Shown: positions 36,399-49,343 of the stretch, one piece after another
Numbering within the stretch: position 1 is the stretch's first letter
How the letters are laid out: every line of letters starts with the position of its first letter
DNA from: Paraspadella gotoi
Taxonomy: Eukaryota; Animalia; Chaetognatha
Assembly: GCA_051294375.1 (NCBI GenBank)
Contig: CM119265.1
Location: forward strand, 26,201,748-26,265,747
Reading direction: 5' to 3'
Length of the DNA: 64,000 nt
Position numbers and translations under genes: made by a program
The notes under the pieces: model-generated
Told to the model about the DNA's origin: nothing
The model's input: only the letters and a program-made list of their open reading frames with translations
The model's database searches: none

Positions 36399-38059
36399 TT
36401 GTCAATGGATGAGAATTTCGAAGGAGACGTCATAATTTTGACTCTATTCGCGAGGAAGGCCGTTCTATCAACGTCATAATTTTGACACTTAAAAAGTTAA
36501 ACGGTTTCGGCGACGTCACTTTGCGAGACAATTTTGTAAATGAGAAAATGAGTTAAAAACGTGAAAGTGAGACGATGGCGGAAAAGAAAAAGAAAAAAGA
36601 GCGAGAATGAGACAACGAAGAGATTCCGCGTCTTTTTCTTAGACTAAGATACAATACGAGACGTAGGTATTAACCAATCAACGCGTTTCCCGGTGTCCGC
36701 GTTGACGTATTGATGATTCCTTTAGCCAATCACAGAAGCTCCTCTTCCAATTGAAATCGCGTGACCTCATTTGACCTTCGATTTTCCGACTGCATCGAGA
36801 CCATGGAACGCGGTTGCAATCCAACGACTTTTTGCCTTCGAGCTGCAATTGAAAAATGGGAAAAACGACGACGACAAAACCCCTTGCGGTCGCCATTGCG
36901 TAGAAGTACAAGAATCATTTTTCTTTATCCTTTCTTTTATCTTTCTTTTAGTCCATTTCCTTTTTTTCATCCTGCTTACTTTACTTTTCCTTTTTTCTAT
37001 CTCTCTGTCGGCCATCACTCCACCGCTGCCACCACATTTAAGTAAGAAGACAGAGATTTCAGGATGAAACCAAAAGTGGAATTTATTGATAGAAAAACAG
37101 ACAAGAAGACGTTGTCAATTTTGGACAGAATATTCAGATACAAAATCTACAGCTATTTATACAATGAAATTGGATCAGAGACGTGGGTAGAATTTCCTGG
37201 CGGATGGAAGCCCATCCGCCTATTGGCCGGTTCCATCTGGGTCTCGACCAATCAGAGAGCTTGATTCTAATATCTCCTGTAATGACTCCATTCCTTTCCA
37301 TTTTGTTCATCTTTCACACCTTCTCTTTATCTCACTGCATTCACTCCTCTCTTTCTCACACTCTTCACTTTCTCTCTCTCTCTTCTCTCACCATCAAGTA
37401 TCCAAATTGTGAGTCCAACACGAGTTCAATTATCTTTTTCCCTGAAATATTCACAGAAACTCTTCTCCTAATATTTTTTTTTCTAGTTCGGATCTTTTAT
37501 TCACTTCGCGTCGACTCACATTCATTATTCACTAATTCGACGCCGGACGCTCATTCATTTTTCGTGAATTCGGCGCCTGTGATGTTTGTTCACACCGATT
37601 CGGAGTTGGTTAATGAGAGAACAGGCTGGGGCGTGAAAATGGCAACGATGAATTTTGGCTTCCATTTGAGGACGAACAAAAAAAAACGGGATTTAATTTC
37701 AACAATTTATTTTGACAAAAAAAATAAGTTTTAGGCTGTTAAATAATAAATATATAGATAGTGCAGAAATTATGTTATTTTTATGCCTCAAGGTGTCGCG
37801 TTTTCAAGACGTCGCCCGTTTAAAGAGTACGATGTGAGTCTTTGGATAATAATCGTTTTATTAATATTAATATCATCAAAAACCAGTAGAAACTTTACTC
37901 TATCGGGCAGAATCTAACCTAATTCGATCAACTTCAAGAGATTGGATAACAACTTCATAAGTACATAAATATTAACCTTAAAAGGTCAGGTTAAATCTCT
38001 AAAAATGTCTGGTCATTGAAGTTGACCGACTGAATATGAGAGTGGCGAAGCATCTTATT

Positions 38060-38091
<32 letters not shown>

Positions 38092-38116
38092 TCTCTCTCT
38101 CTCTCTCTCTCTCTCT

Positions 38117-38156
<40 letters not shown>

Positions 38157-38247
38157 AGATAATAATGACTATCGAATAGCTTCAATAAAGTAAAACGAAG
38201 ATGATCTTACGAGTACCTCGTATCTACTATCAAAGAAGTGATCCATC

Positions 38248-38302
<55 letters not shown>

Positions 38303-39109
38303 GAAATTCCATCAACGAGACCGAAATGAATTTTTCTTTTCGAGGAGAATTCGGGGGGGGGGCGGAGGTAGGGACTATGATGACAGATTTCGGGGACTGG
38401 GACAAAAAAAGTGGGGATCACATTAGAAACGACCGAATCGCAGATGCCGAAAAAAGAGAAGGTGCAGGGTCAAGGAAGAGCAGCTGGGTAAGGCCGAGAA
38501 AGGGGCAGAGAGAGTTCAGTAAAAGTTTGATCGACTGACCAGATGGGGAGAAAGCGACTGAGTAAGTCGAAAGATCGATCAAATAACCCATTAATAAACC
38601 GAATTAACAGGATACTTTGTATATGAAAAAGTGACTTTTCTACGTCAAAGATACTTTTCGTGTTAATGATGCAGATCACTGAATATAGTTGAGAGTCTAT
38701 TTAAACATAATTAGCATATTATTGTCATTATTTTTAAAAAAAATTAATTTTCATTAATTTTCAAATAAAACAATTCAACAAACAGCTAACTTCTAATCTT
38801 TTTGCCTCATTTTTTAAATATAATATAAAAATCCACTCTCATCATCCGAACCACAATATTTATTTTTTTTGTCAATGCACAAAAAAAAACAAAAAAAAAA
38901 CAAAAAAAAAAAAAAAAAAAAACCAAAATCTATTTTCGCGACTTAACGGATTTTCGATCGAATATTTTTTTCTCTTCTCCTTATTCCTTATATTCTCTTA
39001 TCTTTTCCTTCCACTTTTTCCTCCTTTTCCTTATATCAATTTCTTTACTTTTTTCTTTTCTGTTTCCTTCTTTTTTCTCTTTTTTTCGAATAGAATAGTT
39101 TCCCGGTTC

Positions 39110-39630
39110 CATCAAGTTTCTACTCTCTCTCAACGCTCTCATCAGTTTTCACTCTCATTGGTTTCCACTCTCAACGATTTCCACTCCCAAAAGTTTTCAC
39201 TCATTGGTTTCCAATCTCAACGAATTAAGCTCTCACCGATTTTCACTCTCAAATGTTTTCACTCTCAACGATTTCCACTCTCAAGTTTTTACTACTACCG
39301 GTTTCCATTCTTAACTTTATCCTTTTTCGACAGTTTCCACTCTCAACTCTCAACTCTTGCAAAGAGATTAAAGAGATTAAAATATCAACAGTTTCCACTC
39401 TCAACGGTTTCTACTCTCAACGGTATCCGGTCCCAACAGTTTCCCAACATTTAGCACTCGCTATGGTTTCCACTCTCAACATTTAGCAATCTCTATGGTT
39501 TTCACTCTCAACGGTTTCTACTCTCAACAATATCTGGTCCCACAGTTTCCGCTCTCAACATTCAGCAGTTGCTATGTTTTCCACTATCAACATTTAGAAT
39601 TCTCTATGGTTTCCACTCTCAAAGATTTCT
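39110..39630. repeat. Degenerate minisatellite built on GTTTCCACTCTCAAC
   Basis: The motif recurs many times. Confidence 0.75.
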
Positions 39631-39717
39631 AACCGAAGAACTTCCTTAACCAACGAAGTCGATCTCAATTGAGAACAAAGTTTCTTCCTTTCGTCTTTCC
39701 CATTTCTTCGGAACACT

Positions 39718-39930
39718 TATCAAGCTTTCCTTACTTTTATAAGCTTTTCTTACTTTCATCAAGCTTTCCTTACTTCCATCAATCTTTCCTTAGTTTCATC
39801 AAGCTTTCCTTAGTTTCATCAAGCTTTCCTTACTTCCATCAAGCTTTTCTTACTTTCATCAAGCTTTCCTTACTTTCATCAAGCTTTTCCTACTTTCATC
39901 AAAGTTTTCCTACTTTGACCAAGCTTTTCT
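39718..39930. repeat. 20-bp minisatellite (ATCAAGCTTTCCTTACTTTC)
   Basis: About 10 tandem units. Confidence 0.9.
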
Positions 39931-42900
39931 TTCTTTTAACAAGCTCTACCTTCTCTTCTTAGTTAAACTTTCAAGTAAAGTATCTCTTTCCCTACATCAT
40001 CTTCATTCCCTTACCCAATCACCTCACCCAATCACCTCCCCCAATCCTTTACGAGGTCTGAATCCATGAAATTGCGTTTCCCGCGCTTTTCCCCAATATG
40101 ACCCCGACTTCCCTTCATTTGACCCAACCAAAGATTCTCCACATTTTGGATCGACCCCTGGAAGAAGAAGTTTCCTCCTCCGAGTAAGTTTCCTCTCCTT
40201 ATGTGTCAGGGCGATGGGTAAGTTCGTCCGCGGAATGAGGCGACCGGGAAGAAAAAAAGAAAGAAGAAAAAAAGTTTTCTTTTTTTTTTTACTTTTTGAC
40301 TCTCGGAATTTGGGAAAGGTTGGCTTGGGAAAATATAAAAAAAGTAAACTTTCTATGAAATTGGTACATTATACAATATTACACATTACATTACCCATTA
40401 CAACATTATTCAATAATATACATTTATTCTATAAGAAAAGCTAGAGTGCCCTTGGCATTGGACAAGCTTTGGCTGGTTAAGGCCTTAATTCTTCGTAGCA
40501 AGACCATGCAAGCTTTCAATTAAGACTCTGACAATTTAGTTTATTAACTCCCGGAGTGCGAGGCTTCCTTTGAGATATAAGAGATATAAAATGTTTTTAT
40601 CTGTGTTAAAATTAGATAAAACGAACACTTCCCACGTAGCTAAACACAAGTAGCTGACTGTTTTAATTTTTAAAAAAAATTGTTTAAATTTTTCAGTTCT
40701 TATTATTTCAATTCAGCCCTGCATTTTGATATGTGTATAAATTTTATACATTTCCTATATTTCGACTATCTGTAATTTCTCTCCAAAAAATTTTATATAC
40801 AAACAGTCAGCGAAAATATTTTTTTGTTTGTTTTTAAGTTTTCTTTAAAATGTTAAATTTTGCATTATATATATGAACTATTTTAAAGTTGTTGATTTCT
40901 TTTCTAACTGAAAGCCAACCGACAATTCATTGAGCTAGAAGCCAGCCGACAAAAATACTTTCTTTCTCTAGCCTCACGACTCTGTCGACCCAGAAAGTCG
41001 ACCGACAAGAGTCGACATCTTTAGCCCACCGAGGAAATAACCCTCCATCTATCGTGAGGCGCCGGTGACTGTTGCCCTCCGCCCTCCACATTCTGCTCTT
41101 CACACTTTCCCTTTCTCTTTCTCTTTCTCTTTCCTCTTTCCCTTTCCCTTTCTCTTTCCTCTTTCCCTTTCCCATTCCTTTTCCCTTTCCCATTACCTTT
41201 CCCTTTCCTCTCAACCTCCTTCACGTCATGCATCAATACGAAAATCCTCTTTTTCTTAGAAATAAGATTTTCTCCAACAAAAAAAAGTTACATTTTTTCC
41301 CCGTTTCTATCATTTTTTTTTTATGAGATTCATAGCGTCCATCTGCGAACAAAAATAGGAAATAAAAAAAACCTTTTTTTGTGCAGAAAAAAATCTGAGC
41401 CGGGATTTCGTTTGCTTTTGTGTTCGGTATATTTATTTTTGGAAATACATATATATAGTACTTTACTTTGATAATACGCAAAAAATACAAGAATTTTTTA
41501 GAATGCTGATAAACATTATTATCTCCGCCTGAACATTTAATCACTAAAAACGCAAAATCATAAATCTTTGTTTTTTGTCATATTTTTTTCTTTTTATCGG
41601 TTTAATCGTAATTTAGATTCTCCTCTATTTTCGAGTTCGACTCACCTGAGATAAGACGTCGCCTTTCCGCTGGGTAAGTTTGAAGCTTTTCCAAAAACCA
41701 TTCCCACCTTTTTCCCCATCAGAAAAAGAAAATCGTAGCGGAAAGAAAATTTGAAGATGGAATTTTGGAGGATGAAGTTGATGGAGGAAGAAGAAGAAAA
41801 AGGAGGAAAGAAAAGTGGAGGTAAAAGGAAAAAGGAAAGGGAAGAGAAGGAAGAAAGAAATATAGATTGAGAGAGAAAAAGAAAGAAAGACTGAAAGACA
41901 TTAAGATGGAAAGAAATAAATAAAAATGGACGGAAAGAAAGAAAGAAAAATGGAAAGAAAAAAAGAAAGAAAGAAAAAAAGTAAAAAAATAAAGAAAAAA
42001 GAAAGGAAAAAAGAGAGAAAAGAAAAGAAAAATCAAAACAGAAAAGAGAAAAAGAGAAAGAAAGAAAGAAAGAAAGAAACAAAAGAAAAATACTATTAAA
42101 AGAAAGAAATTAAGAAAAAAACCAAAAAGAAAAAAAAAGATATAAAAAAAGAAAACGTGAAAAGAAGAGCACAGTAGAGACGAAGGGAAAAAAAGAAAAA
42201 AAAAGGAAAAAAAAGGAAGGATTTATTTCGGATTTAGAAGATAAAATCACAAGTTTTTTCCCCTCAAATCAAAGGGGGGCGAGGTGGGGGGGCGAGGAGG
42301 GGGGCGGGGGTTGTGAGACGAGGTTGAACGAGGGAATAAAGTCTGAGGTTGAAGACGATCGCTTCGAAACGATTTTGTCCGTGAACCGCAAGGTCTCGCG
42401 TTCGATTCCTACCATAAGTAGATCGCTGAAATTTGAATTTATTGTTTTTGTATTATAAAAAAAAGATTTTAATTTATAATTTTTAATTCTTAAAAAAAAA
42501 AACCATTTTAGTTTATAATTATTAATTGATGAAAAGGAGAGTTTAGGTTATAATTTTGAAATTAAAAAAAGATATTTTGATTTTAAATATTTAATTCATT
42601 AACATGAGATTTGAGTTAGATGTTTTATAATTTATGATAGGTTATTACGTCTGTTTAATCTCATTTAGGTTCCGTGAGGGAGATTTTGAGGGATTTACTA
42701 GATCTGCTATGTGTTCACGTGATGTGACCTCGTGACCTTTGCGAATCTGTTGACTTTGAACCTTGGAAAAGTTTAGCTTTTTAACAGTTGGTGAACAAGA
42801 GTATTAGTGATTAATATAAGTGATTAGTATTAGTATTAGTGAGTACTCTTTGTGATGGGTAGAGATAAATATAAATGATTAATCACTAAGAAAAATGAAG

Positions 42901-43327
42901 ATCGAAGTCCAATGAAATGGATTCCAACTTCCATGTGAAAGAACAAATGTTTTTTTACCCTTCTTCACTTCAGCCGTTCGACGACGACGACGACAACAAC
43001 ACAACCGCGCAATGACTTATAATCTCTTATGAAATAATTACAACTAATATTCAAATTATTTATTTCATTTAATAAACAATCCATCTTGTCGCGGACTATT
43101 AATTTACACAAGATTTATACAATATTATACATAAGTTTTAATTTCATTTCCTGTAACTTTTATAAAACCTAAAAGATAGCCAATTCTTTTAAAACGTATT
43201 ATAATATACCACTTTCAGATTATTAACAAAGAAACATTTGTTTGAGATTAGTGTATTCTTAAACCAGTAATCAATTGCTTTTTATTTTCTCTCCCATCCC
43301 CTTAATCTTCACCCCCGCTCTCTCTTT

Positions 43328-44722
43328 TTAATTTCCTTTTATCGTCTTCTCTATCCAACCCACGTAGGACGTCACCCTCGTAAACACAGACGGCACTCCC
43401 TTCGTTTCGCAACTCCGCGAACCGAACGACGTCACCCCGACGACGGTCCACGCGTCGCCGTCGCCCCGGCAGACCAGCGGGCCGCCGGAGTCGCCGGTGC
43501 AGCTGCCGACGTCGCCGTTGCCGAAGCAGTAGTGGCCGAACCGGTCGATCAAGGCTTCGTTCCAGGCGGCGGCGCAGTCGATGTAGGACCAGATGTTGGA
43601 GGAGACCTGATGGGGAGAGATTTGGAAGGGATGTTTGAAGACGAGTTGGAGTGTGGTTTGGATTGAATAGATGGTTGAAATTAGAAATATAAATTATTAA
43701 AGGAAATCTATAAAATTTGAAACGTTGAATGGTGAAATTCTTTGGTTGATTACATTTGTTACATGAGATTATGTTATGCGGAGATACAAAAATAAATACC
43801 ATTACACATCATTACGCATTACACAGCATATTACACATTATCCACCTTCATTCACTCGCCTCTTGCATGACGTATCGATTCTGGTCCATCAGGGTCCTGC
43901 CCCATCCCGTGACCACGCAATTCTCTCTGCCTTCGTAATTGGCGCCCGATTTGGGGAGGCAAGCGGGATGAGCCTTTAATCGGGGAACGTGAAGATGTTG
44001 GGAAAATTTGAGATTTCGTAGTCACGTGATATCACTACTGGATACGACTGTTCCTTCAGTCAGCGTCGCGATAGCGCGCTGGGCTAACGCTTTGTCTCCG
44101 TACGCAATGGTTTCCGGTAATATCCCTTGTATAAACGGCCGTTGCAAAACAGAGACGGCCCGTTTAAACCACCCGCCGGATCCGAAGTTCCGGAAAGAAA
44201 GGCAACTGACGGAAAAATCTCCCAGACCCGCTGGGCACATTATGTGCGGGGGCTATTCACAAACGGAGAGGCACGGCGATCCTCTCTTCTCTCGGTCACT
44301 TCAAATTTAAGGATGTAAAGATGAAAGAACTAGGATTAAATTAAATCAATTACGTTCGAAGCCATTGCAATTCCAATTTCCGTTTGGAATCGCAGTTCCG
44401 GTTTTCTTCCCTCAAATAACATTTAGATAAGCATTTTTAGACATTTGAGACATTTAACGGATTTGAGAGATTAAGACGAAATCCATTTGAAATGAAATCG
44501 ACTTGGCCGACGTTTGCAATCAGCGAAACGCCAATCACCCAATGACAAACGACAAACGGAGAATAATTGGTCCAAATGTCGAAATTCAATGTCGCGTGAC
44601 AAATTTTTTGTCGGAAAAGGATTTAAAGTTGGATGAGAAAAAATGAGGAGAAAAAAAAAGGATAAAAGGAAAAAGGAAAAAAAAATCAATTCTAACTCTA
44701 ATCCTTTTCTTGTCAAAGTCTC

Positions 44723-44796
<74 letters not shown>

Positions 44797-45360
44797 ACTC
44801 TCTTCCAATCGATCTATCTCCACAAATTTCCTTTCTTCCCTTTAACTCTCAACCGCCTTTTCTTCTCTTCATAAAATTTACTAATTAATCTTATTATGTA
44901 TATATGTGTAAAAACTCTTTCTCTCTTTTCATATTTTAAAAGAACGATTTTCGAAAAGCAGTCTAATCTGAAAATTGTTTAGTGAAATCTATTCTAACTT
45001 TCCATAACCATAGGCAAGGATATATATAAGGTGTGGATAAAAAATTACGAAAAAAACAAAATCAATCAATTTTGACATTTTTACAATAAAATTCAGACTC
45101 TCTCAAACAAATTCATAAGGACTTTTCTCTACTTCTACTTAGCGAGTTGATTTCTTTTTACCGCAGACACATTTGACTCAAACTCATTTGCGTTTTTTTC
45201 TTCTTCTTCTTCCTCCTCCTCCTCCTCCTCCTCCTCCTCTTGATTTCTCAATCCGAGGAGATTTTTACAGATTCGGATTTGCTCTTTTTTTTTCTCTCAC
45301 CTCTACAGGGCTCCTCCCTTTTCTTCCAGATAAACCTCTCTCTCTCTCTCTCTTCTCTCT

Positions 45361-45438
<78 letters not shown>

Positions 45439-46048
45439 TCTCTCGGGTGAGTTTTCATTGCTCACGATCGTTAAACTCAGAAGCGAAAGACTTTTCAGGA
45501 GTGAAGCAGAGAGGAAAAATGGAGAATAAGAAAACAATTTAAAAAAATATATTTTATTAAAAATTAATTATAAAAAATTAAAAAAAGGATAAAAATATGA
45601 AATACAAAAATAGTAAATATTAATAATAAAACACGATTTAATGATCTAGAACATTAGCATACCCACAAAAAAAAACATAGTTTGATACTATTCTATTAAA
45701 TTCTTTTCATAATTCTTATAATTTAAGGTAGCTTATGGTAGAAACAAAATACTGAACTCTCGGAGCAATGACACAATGACATAAGTTAAAAGGTAAAAAA
45801 AAAACCTTTGATCAAATCCGTTCAATACAGAATTCTCGCAAAAAAGATTCCAAAAGAAATGGTCGAGCTTTATTTTCGGTTCGACCCAGAAAAGTGTTTT
45901 TTTTTTTTTGCTCTCGCTCTCGCTCTCACTCGCTCTCGCTCTCGCTCCCTCTCCCTCGCTCCCTCTCGCTCCCTTTCGCTTTTGCTTGCCTCTTTTGTTG
46001 AACTCGAATTGCGTTCCTCTCGGACAGACACAATCTTTGATTGTTCGC

Positions 46049-46122
<74 letters not shown>

Positions 46123-46690
46123 TCCTCTCTCTCTCTCTCGCTCTCTCTCCTGCCACCCTACCCCCACCTTAGTGGGCGTGGCCAGCTTGATGAGCGCGAT
46201 ATCGTTGGGTCCCGCGCCTCCGATGTACGACGGATGCCTGATAATCTTCTCCACTTTGATCTCTTCCTCATACGGATCTTTTTTGGTAATGTCGTATTCC
46301 CCGGATGCGACTTGAAAGTGCGGTGGATTTCGGTTGTAGTCGAAACAGTGCGCGGCGGTGAGAATCCATCTCGGGGCGATTACCGTCCCTCCGCAAAAAT
46401 GGCGGAAGAGTCCGGGTCTTGGAACGGAGGAACGTAGGAACAAAGGAAACGAAAGGCAAAATATGTAAATGGTAGAAGTACATATTTTAAAAATAAACAA
46501 AAAGGCAAACACAAAAATGTCCCATCTTTCATCGTCACCTGACTTCAGTCCTCAATGAGATCTGCCAAGGCCACGCCCCTTTAGCCGCTGCGTGGCCGCC
46601 GATCACCAGATGGTTAGGGGAAATCCCGCAAGATGTCGCCCACGCCGCCGACGTCAGAAATCCCAACAAAAGAACAGCGGAGAAAAACAT
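43328..46690 (-). CDS. Secreted S1A chymotrypsin-like serine protease, 264 aa, 4 exons (46690-46539, 46417-46168, 43973-43860, 43606-43328)
   Basis: Signal peptide [18 protein letters not shown]; propeptide [10 protein letters not shown]|VIGG; WPWQISL; catalytic triad motifs LTAAHC, NDIAL and GDSGGP; PACLP, TGWG and PSVFTRV. Exon lengths sum to 795 nt in frame. Confidence 0.93.
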
Positions 46691-49343
46691 TTTTCGTTGG
46701 GATATTCGTTCAAAATTTTTCTCTCGAAAAAAAATTCGTTTATATTTTTCAGGGAGAAAATTCTTTTATACTTGAAAAACAAAGAAGTCTTTTGTCTAAA
46801 GCGACATCTGACATTTTGTTATCGGCAACGATTCAGAGATAAACCGTCGAAAATTTAAAAATAATTTTTTAAAAAATTTTTATTTTTTGACAAGCTTCTT
46901 TTCTCTTCATTTTCTCTTTCTATCGCCATAGTTTACTACAGAATAAATACTGGAATGAAAGGAAAAGCTTAATTACAATTTCACGAGTTTCGAAAAAATA
47001 TATACATAACAATGATAGAGCCAAACTTCGTCAATGGGGTGGGTCAGAAGTTTGATTTGGGAACCTTTCTAAATGAAACTTCATACATTTCTGAGAAAAC
47101 TTTCAATGGAGCAAAATTTTCTAAAATGGCAAGAAGCATTAGTAATTAATTTTTTAATATTTATTTATATATAGGAAATGTCAAAAAAATTTTTTTGAAT
47201 TTTTCATTTTTAAAAGCAGATTCAAATAGCTTATGAAAAGTTATCTGCACAAATTATAATTCTTTTTTCAATATTTTGATGATAAGGGGGTTAAAATTGA
47301 GAAAAACCTTAAAAAATCATCATCATTATCATCATCCAATTTTTTTAGCAGTTTTTCCTAATTTTTAGTAATAAAACATCAAAATTTTAAAAAGTTGTAA
47401 TTATATTTTTTGCTTAACTTTTTAAGCTCTATCAGAATCAATTAAAAAAACTTAAAATATCAAAAAAAAATTTTTAACATTATATAGCAATATAATAATA
47501 TTAATTAGCGAATTACTCATGGTTCGGAACATTTTTGCAAAAAAATATTTTAACACAATAATTAATACCAATAATGGATTAGTTTAATGCTGTTCCCATT
47601 AAAATTTGAATTTGGTCGGCTACCGCTAACAATGATTACCAAAATTCATTGCTTCTTGTTGTTGTTATCCTCGTCTCCTTTAGTCACGTGGTTCGGTTTC
47701 ATGTTGACAAAGTTTTTAGTCAACGATTTGAAGCGGCGTTTCGTGAAAATTCGGTTGACGACTGGATTTGCTCTAACTTTTCTCTCTTTTTTCATTTTTC
47801 AAATGACGAACGTGAGGGCGGGTGAATATGACAAATATATGACAAAACTGTTACACAGATATAACTTTCTTATGAACGCGTCGCGACCATCACTGCCTCC
47901 GTACAATTATTACCTTTTGGAGGCGGATTTAGCATTGGGGATAAAAAAAAAAAAAAAACCGTGAATGAATTTCTATTTCAACTTGTCGATCGCTTTCGTC
48001 GAAAATGAACGGTACAAAAATTACAATATCTTTTATTTCTTTTTATACTTTCTCTCGATAATTGTCGTTTTTAATTACTATTAGATATCAAATTGTTAAA
48101 TCGAGTTTACAAATTGTTATTCATTTCCAAGTTCGAAATTAACGAAATAGAACAACAAATGTCCCTTTTTCATTTTTTTTCCGCGCAGTGTCGCTAGCAG
48201 TTTTGTATTCTTCGACTCTTTTTATCTTTTGCGGTGAAAGAACAAATGAACAAATCTTTGGTGAAATTTCTGTCAGAACAAAAAATACTTACAAATGTTT
48301 TGTTTTGTTTTTCTACAGAAATTTTAAAATTCTTTTAATTTTCCCTGTGCGATTATTATTAGTTGTAGATTGTTTCATCACGAAAATAGATCGAATAATA
48401 GATTTGAAATTTAAATGTAAACCTTTTTGTTTACTGCGGAAAAATAAAAAGAAATCAATTTCTTTATTTATCCTTCTCGCCATGATGATGATTATGATAA
48501 TTATTCTTCTTTTTTGACTTACCTGAGGTGAGGCGAAGCGGTAGAAGAAAAGCAAAGAAAAAAAGGGAGAAAAAAAGGGAAATGGGATTAAAAATTTATT
48601 CATTGAGAAATTTGGGTGGAATTTTAATCGTAACGGCGTTTTAATGCCGGATTTGTTACAAAATGACGCTGCTCTGAGGACCTTCATTCGTTTAACTCTC
48701 TTGAAATTAGTACAAATTGGTTCAATTAAGTCACTTTAAAATTTATAAGAAATGAAAAAAGGTAAATGTCAAAACTTATCGTCCATGACATATAACCGAA
48801 AATTCTAATCAAGAAATTCGCTCATTCTCACAAAAATTACCAAATGACGTGTTTCACCTTGATCTCGAAATATTTTCTAATCAACCACTTGAAAAAAAAA
48901 TTTTTTTATCAAAACTCAACATTCTGAAAAATTTGGTAGGAATTTTTTTTCTGGCTTGGTTCTCTGACGAATGAACGCTTTTTTAAATCAACAGGAATTT
49001 GTGGATGTTTTAATATTCATACTAAATTACTAATCAAATTAATGTAAGTATTAAACGATTACTTTTTGAATTTGACAAAAATGAAAAAATTTTTTTTAAA
49101 AAAATGATACTAAAATCCCTCATTAAATCCTTAGTAAACTTAATACAAACGATAAATTATGGTTGAGCGTCACGTCTATAGTCTCCCTAGAGAAAAGCCA
49201 TCGCATAAAATCTCCAATGTAGTTTTTACGACGCAGAGACTCAGTTTTTATGAGTCAGTCTTCGTGAAGGCGAATTCCCGCCTCTTCATTCCGAGGCTCC
49301 AAAATGCCGATTCCATCAAAAACAAAAGGACAATAGAGTTTTA

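Noticed and set aside
42370-42420. tRNA gene (GTTCGATTCC B-box)
   Set aside because: No cloverleaf or acceptor stem; at most a SINE or tRNA-derived fragment.
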